From the human T2T-CHM13v2.0 reference genome, Homo sapiens: 64,000 bases of DNA. Below are positions 58,586-64,000 of the stretch, piece after piece (the first letter of the stretch is position 1; each line of letters starts with the position of its first letter). The notes under the pieces are model-generated. The model was not told the DNA's origin and did not search any database. It worked only from the letters and a program-made list of their open reading frames with translations. Location: NCBI RefSeq assembly GCF_009914755.1, contig NC_060926.1; one strand, given 5' to 3'. Position numbers and translations under genes: made by a program.

Positions 58586-58932
58586 TGTATTAGTTCATTT
58601 TCACATTGCTGATAAAGACATACCTGAAACTGGGAACAAAAAGAGGTTTAATTGGACTTACAGTTCCACATGGCTGGAGAGGCCTCAGAATTATGGCGGG
58701 GGCAAATGTCACTTCCTACATGGTGGTGGCAGGAGAAAAATGAGGAAGAAAAAAAGTGGAAACCCCTGATAAACCCATCAGGTCTCGTAAGACTTACTAT
58801 CACGAGAACAGCACAGGAAAGACCAACCCATGATTCAGTTACCTTCCCCAGGGTCCCTCCCACGACATGTGGGAATTCTGGTAGATACAATTGAAGTTGA
58901 TATTTGGATGGGGACACAGCCAAACCATATCA
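58586..58932 (-). mobile_element. THE1 (C-like) solo LTR
   Basis: tgtattagttc...ggggacacagccaaaccatatca; perfect TSD gtatc at 58581-58585 and 58933-58937. Confidence 0.9.
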
Positions 58933-59283
58933 GTATCCATGTGAAAAAGTTTTAAATTGAATCCTTACCTCACATCATACACAAAAGCTAATCTCAGAAC
59001 AACTGAGACTGGTTGATATATGAAAGGAAAGCCAACAGAATTTGTGGGAGATAATACAGAGTAATATAATAGGGAAGAATATCTTCATGACTTTGAACAT
59101 ATCTTAAATAAGGTATATTAAATAAGAAACAAAAGCACCAATCATATAAGAAAAGATTAAAACATCAGACTACATTAAAATTAGGGACTTCTGTTTATCA
59201 AAATATACTAGAAAGAAATGGAAACAATAGAGTGAGAGAAGATATTCCCAACATATTCAACTGACAAAAGACTTGGATCCAGA

Positions 59284-59724
<441 letters not shown>

Positions 59725-61169
59725 TCAATTTGACAAAAATTAAGAAATCTGACAATACAAAGTATTTTCAAAGATGTGAAATAACAAGAAATTTCACACA
59801 CAGCAAAAGTATGGGAGCGTAAATTGACACAACTTTAAAAACAATTTGATAGGATCTAGCAAAGCTGAAGATATGTATATACCATGAACCAGTAATTTCA
59901 CTTCTAAATTTATACCCTACAGAAATGTATATACATATGTATCAGGAAATGTGTACAGAAATGGCCATGTGAATAATGGCCATTATTCATAATCAGCCCA
60001 AACTGAAATCAGCCCAAAATATCCAACAACAATAAAATGAATAAGTGAATTGTGGTATATTTACACACTTAAATACTATATAAGAATAAAAATGAATGAA
60101 CTACAGCTACACAGAACAACATGGATCGATCATAAAACAATGTTGAGTGAAAGAAGTAAGACACAAAGGAATACACATGGTATTTATATAAAGTTCAAAA
60201 CAAGCAAAACTAAATTATATTTTTAAGGGATGTTCATTTGGCAGAACTGTAAAGAAATGGAAGTAATTACTATAAAAGTCAGGATAATAATTATCTCTAG
60301 AGGGAAGGAAGGAGGGAGTTATGATGGGGAAGAGACACATGAAGTAAGGACTTCTGGGATCCCAGCGATGTTTTTGCTCTTGATCTGCATAGTGATTACA
60401 TAGTTGTTCACTATATTCCATCTGTGTGCTTTATGTACTTTTCTTTATTTTATGATTTTAAAAGTTAATTAAAATATATATGCACATGGTTTTAAAAACC
60501 AGGCAAATGTGCATTGCAGGACTCTGGCTGGATTAATTTTTTTTTTTCAGGGCCAGGCATGTGACCAAATCAGAGCCAATGAAACACCAGTCTTTTTCCA
60601 AGACTTCTAGAAAAGAAACTTTTGCCCTTTTTCACTATTTTTTCCCACTCCAGAATGGTCTGGAGCTTCTATAGGGACAATTCTTCCTTTACTGGCTAGT
60701 CTAGTCCAGTCTAGGGTGGTCCAAGCCAATGAACTGAATAAGAAAATAAACAGTTGAACATCCAGCCACCTTGTTTCCAACTCCTGGTCAGCTCAGTGGG
60801 TGGTATAAGACAAGGAAAAAGTATGGTCCTTTATGTTGAATGATCTGACAACATAATTTTGGAGACAGGACTAAAACATACGAAACGGGGCTGTGGTGGC
60901 TGTACAGAGCTGAAATACAGCTACACATCTGTTCAAGGAAACACCCTTACATTGGTAAGGTAGTGTGGGAAAAAAGAAAAAGAAAAAAAGGAAGCACCTT
61001 TAGGAGCTAATGAAATTTTGCCAGTCCTAACTTTCTCAAATTCCTTTCTAGCCAGTCTACCAGAAAGTGGGTGTGCTTGTCACATCAAGATACAGAGGCT
61101 TTCACATGTGCAAATCCAAATTTACTTGAAAGAGACACAAAAAAGAAAATAGTAGAAATCAGTCTTGTG

Positions 61170-61655
61170 TCCAGCAGAAATGAGTATCGATGTGTACTAG
61201 ATATGTACTAGAACCATCAAATATGCCCTATTTATAATAGCTTCCCCCAACAGACAATTACCCAAATATCCATCAGCTCTAGAACGGATAAATTGTTGTC
61301 TATTCACTCAATGGAATACCTTATAACAAGTAGAATGAATGAACTATTATATGTAAAAACATGGAAGCTTAGTGAAAGAGCCAAAGACAAAAGAGCACAT
61401 ATTGTATAATTCTATTTATATTAAGTATAAAAATTAAAAACTAATTTGTGCTCTTACAAGTCAGGATAATATAAGCCCAGGGTGAGAGGCGAGTAGGTGA
61501 GTGCCTGGAAGGGGCAGGCAGGGTCCCTGGGCTGCTGGTAGTATTCTGTTCTCAGTCTGGGTGCTGGTATGTTCAGTCTCAAAATTCAATGGGCTATACA
61601 TTGATGACAATGTGCATGTTTCAGTGTGTAACTTATACTTCAATAAAAAGTTAAA
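61170..61655 (+). mobile_element. Old L1ME 3'UTR
   Basis: ggataaattgttgtctattcactcaatggaatac...ttatacttcaataaaaagtt. Confidence 0.75.
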
Positions 61656-61689
61656 ACTATAAGAAATCTAAAAATAAAAAATTGACTTC

Positions 61690-61860
61690 TATGTAATTCT
61701 TGTATAGCATCTTACAAGCTGCAAGGCATGCTTAAACAACTTTGTAAGGTATGAAGTTAATACCTGTATTTTACAGATGTGGAAATTGAGCCTCAGAAAG
61801 ATGAAATGACACACACATATTATCACATGGTCGTCAAGAAACAGAACTGAGAATGACCAA
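61690..61860 (-). mobile_element. MIR
   Basis: attttacagatgtggaaattgagcctcagaaag. Confidence 0.7.
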
Positions 61861-62377
61861 GGCGTGGGGGCTCTACGTTCTATGCTAGTAAATGCTGGTT
61901 ATTTCCTTAGGAGAAGGAAGGCTTTTGGTTTGTCTACGCTGTTCTTCAGCAGCAGAGCTGGGGATAGTAGGAAGCAGTGCGGGGGAAGCTAGCTCATGAG
62001 CAATACGTGTAAGGTGCATAGCCCTGAGCGTGGCACAGTGCAGCCTTAATCAGCGCCACTTTTCTCCCTCCACGCAATCCCTTTTCCAGGGAAATTGCAT
62101 GGGTCGGAACGTTGAACAGCACTGGTAGGTCTGGAACAAACACTGCTCACCTCCAGACAGAGTGACCAGGCTAGGGCCTCAGGCTTGTACTGAAGCCTCC
62201 TAACTTGACTGCCGGAGCAAAACTCTACTGGGATCAGGTCTGTGGAGGAAGCGCTTCTGATTTGGGTTCAAATTCCTTACTATCTATAGGGCAAGTGAGG
62301 AGTAGAGGAGCAGAGTCCAGAACACGGTGGAGAGACCCAGTGTGATAAGGAAGGTCCCTGACACTCTGATGTCCGAA

Positions 62378-62379
<2 letters not shown>

Positions 62380-62423
<44 letters not shown>
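62380..62423. repeat. (TG)n microsatellite, about 21 perfect units
   Basis: Seen directly. Confidence 0.95.
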
Positions 62424-62425
<2 letters not shown>

Positions 62426-62668
62426 GTGGGGTCTGTTGTGTGCCCTCTGCTGACATTCTTACTTTCACGTCATCTGAGCCAGCCTGGGCAGGGTGGAATG
62501 TATGCACTGGTTCCTGTTTAGACCCAAGCCAACTTTGTGCTCTGAGCCCCTCAGCACTCAGAAACTTGTGTTTTCCTGTCTGGAAGCCAGCCTTGTTTCT
62601 TTACCCGGAGCGGCTAAGATGATTTTCCCTGTAAGCCTCCCTGCTAGCCGTAGATTTCACATCATCAC

Positions 62669-62686
62669 AGCGACACCTAGTGGCCA
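62669..62686 (-). promoter_or_regulatory. CTCF core motif
   Basis: Minus strand TGGCCACTAGGTGTCGCT versus consensus TGGCCASYAGRKGGCGCT (one mismatch), in non-repeat DNA. Confidence 0.65.
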
Positions 62687-63424
62687 AGTGTGAAAGTCCA
62701 TCCGGCCCCCCCTCCTCCATAGAGGCTCTGGAAGCCAGGGGAGGAGGAGTTTATGGATTCCAGACACTTCTGCACTTCACATACAGCTTCCAGGAGTCAG
62801 AGCTCCCCACGTTGCCAACTCCGCACAGCTCAGCTCTTAATCACATCCTGTCCTGAGTTGCCCTCGGTTTCATGTGTAATCATTTAAAATCATTTTATCT
62901 ACCCAATTATACCAAGGATATGAGGCTAGGGCTATTAGAATCACATCTCTTTAGAGTTGATGACCTACTTGTTTTTCAGATGGGAAATGCAGATGCCGAG
63001 GGGTGAGGGGAATTCCCAGCTGCTGAAAAGTGAGGTTTGGACAAGAACCCGCGTCTCCTGAGCACTCCCAGGGCGGGGCTTCCCGTGGCACCATGCCATT
63101 CCCTTGCATCATCCACAGTGCCTGCACACAGTAGGTGCCTGGCACACAGAAGGTCCCCTATAGACATGCCTGACTGATAGTTCATAGTCTTCTATGCTTG
63201 CCACTGAAGTGAGTTTCACTTGTTATCTGGGTCATCTCTTACTTCTCAGCCTCTTGGGAGTTCCGATCAATTAAAGTGGGCACTCTCTCCATAGTAGGCC
63301 ATTGTCTTTTTCATTTATAAAGCACACTGTAGATTCAGGAAAGACGAAATGAAGACGAGACACACAATTTAAAGTATCTCAATCCCAGCATCCGTTCAGA
63401 TCAAGTGGCTACAGTGGGCTTCGT

Positions 63425-63607
63425 AAGCTTCAGCTCAGCGCTTCTTAAACTTTCACATGCATCTAAATCTCCTGGGAATCTTGTTCCAACACATATTCTG
63501 GTTCCATCGGTCTGGGGTGGGACCTGAGATTCTCCATTTCTAACAAGTTCCTCGAGGCTGTTGAGGCTACCCTTGCTGCCAAAGCTGGGAAGTGCACTTT
63601 GAGGAGC
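63425..63607. mobile_element. MER5A-like MITE (a MIR fragment lies at about 62935-63040)
   Basis: ggtctggggtgggacctgagattctccatttctaacaagttcc. Confidence 0.75.
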
Positions 63608-64000
63608 AAAGATGCAGATAACTACCTCCACCCCAGACAACTGCTTTTGAGAGAGCCCACCTCAGCCCCTGCTGCAGCCCCTCTGACCTGGCTTCAGGGG
63701 AAAAGAAAGGCACTAAAGCAACTGTGAGCACTGTGACCCCTCGGTGAGTCATCCCAAGTCTCTTTCCTCACCATATCCACTGTCCGGAAGCTCCTGCCCT
63801 CAGGCAGTCTGAAGGGAAGGCAAGATTGAAACTGAACAAAAATGGCACAGAAAAGGAGAGGTAGACTTGCTGCTGATGTGCCTCACAGTGTTCCTGAGGA
63901 ACAGCCCTGCTTGGTTGCCATTTTATAATTAGGTACTCATGACATCCCCATAAACCACAGGCTTCTCTTTTTAATTATAAAATGTACTTTAATTTATACA

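Overview
Primate (human-like) nuclear DNA, most likely intergenic or deep-intronic, and dominated by interspersed repeats. I recognise no protein-coding exon, CpG island, rRNA/tRNA gene or CRISPR array; nearly all ORFs in the track come from Alu, L1, ERV or microsatellites. The centrepiece (about 6.3-19.2 kb) is a nested structure. An ancient ERV-L gag/pro/RT remnant is interrupted by a MER4A solo LTR, an L2 3' end and a two-LTR MER41A provirus (6993-18083, minus strand, with PBS and PPT). The provirus in turn holds an AluY, a truncated Alu and a full-length L1PA5-like LINE. Three retrotransposition events stand out. (1) The L1's 5'UTR is cleanly spliced at the known 97/622 donor/acceptor pair, so it is a SpIRE. 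(2) At 52477-52991 one perfect 17-bp TSD encloses a tiny young L1 3' end plus an old L1PA13 3'UTR, which points to a 3' transduction. (3) At 56490-56673 an unidentified 184-bp mRNA-3'-end-like retrocopy sits in the end of an AluJ with its own 14-bp TSD. Candidate regulatory sequence lies at about 45-46 kb, and there is a strong CTCF motif at 62669-62686. I could not support a wholly new biological system. Subfamily names are from memory of consensus sequences, and boundaries of old elements are approximate.
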